From: Escherichia phage p000y
Sequence record: MK047718.1
Length of the DNA: 64,000 nt
Reading direction: 5' to 3' (one strand)
The notes under the pieces were generated by a model, which saw nothing but the letters and a program-made list of their open reading frames with translations, was not told where the DNA came from and searched no databases. Position numbers and translations under genes: made by a program. Shown piece by piece: positions 63,859-64,000 of the stretch. Numbering within the stretch: position 1 is the first letter of the stretch; each line of letters begins with the position of its first letter.

Positions 63859-64000
63859 GAGGCTCTCACAAAGTGGTAGAAAACGGTAGGAGTATCATGG
63901 TTATCAAGAGTAACCGTTTGGGCACCCAATAAATTCCATGTTCCGTATCCGGATTTTGCTTCAGACAAAATTTCTTGCGAAATTGTTACACCAAACGAAG
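63855..64000 (-). CDS. 11: Baseplate wedge protein gp11 (partial, C-terminal 48 codons; starts beyond window end)
   Basis: Hand translation of minus strand from 64000: ...[42 protein letters not shown]; stop overlaps gene 12 ATG (ATGA). Confidence 0.7.
   Translation of the reverse strand, partial: SFGVTISQEILSEAKSGYGTWNLLGAQTVTLDNHDTPTVFYHFVRAS

Overview
This 64-kb window is a contiguous segment of a T4-like (Tevenvirinae, Tequatrovirus-type) myovirus genome, in reverse orientation relative to the usual T4 map. Gene order and ORF sizes match T4 almost gene for gene: long-tail-fiber genes 36 (partial), 35, 34 on the minus strand; then an early/middle block on the plus strand (rnh, dsbA, 33, 59, 32, frd, td, nrdA, nrdB, denA, rnlA/63, alc, spanin pair, pseT, cd, 31, rIII, the 30.x accessory block, DNA ligase 30, alt); then baseplate hub genes 54-48-29-28-27-51 (minus) and 26-25 (plus), uvsY, uvsW, a GIY-YIG homing endonuclease, inh, hoc, rnlB, and the head/neck/tail block 24-23-22-21-68-67-20-19-18-17-16-15-14-13-wac-12 with the 3' end of gene 11 (minus). 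All assignments rest on by-eye comparison of the supplied translations with remembered T4 proteins, motifs and synteny; no database search was run. Regulation is typical T4: repeated early promoters (GTTTAC-N17/18-TAnnAT) with a conserved leader, MotA-box middle promoters, TATAAATA late promoters, and a family of tetraloop hairpins (GGGAGAC-NNNN-GTCTCCC) acting as terminators or intercistronic stabilisers. No tRNA, rRNA, CRISPR array, integrase or transposon was seen. Features that differ from what I recall of T4, and the main candidates for novelty, are: a phage-encoded class-I DAHP synthase (AroG-like) immediately upstream of cd; a NADAR-like plus HAD-like hydrolase pair in the 30.x block; an orphan 89-aa early gene with its own promoter and terminator between capsid genes 24 and 23; extra small ORFs in the pseT and 30.x regions; a 290-bp non-coding tract plus a 59-aa very basic ORF downstream of rIII; and continuous (intron-less) td and nrdB.
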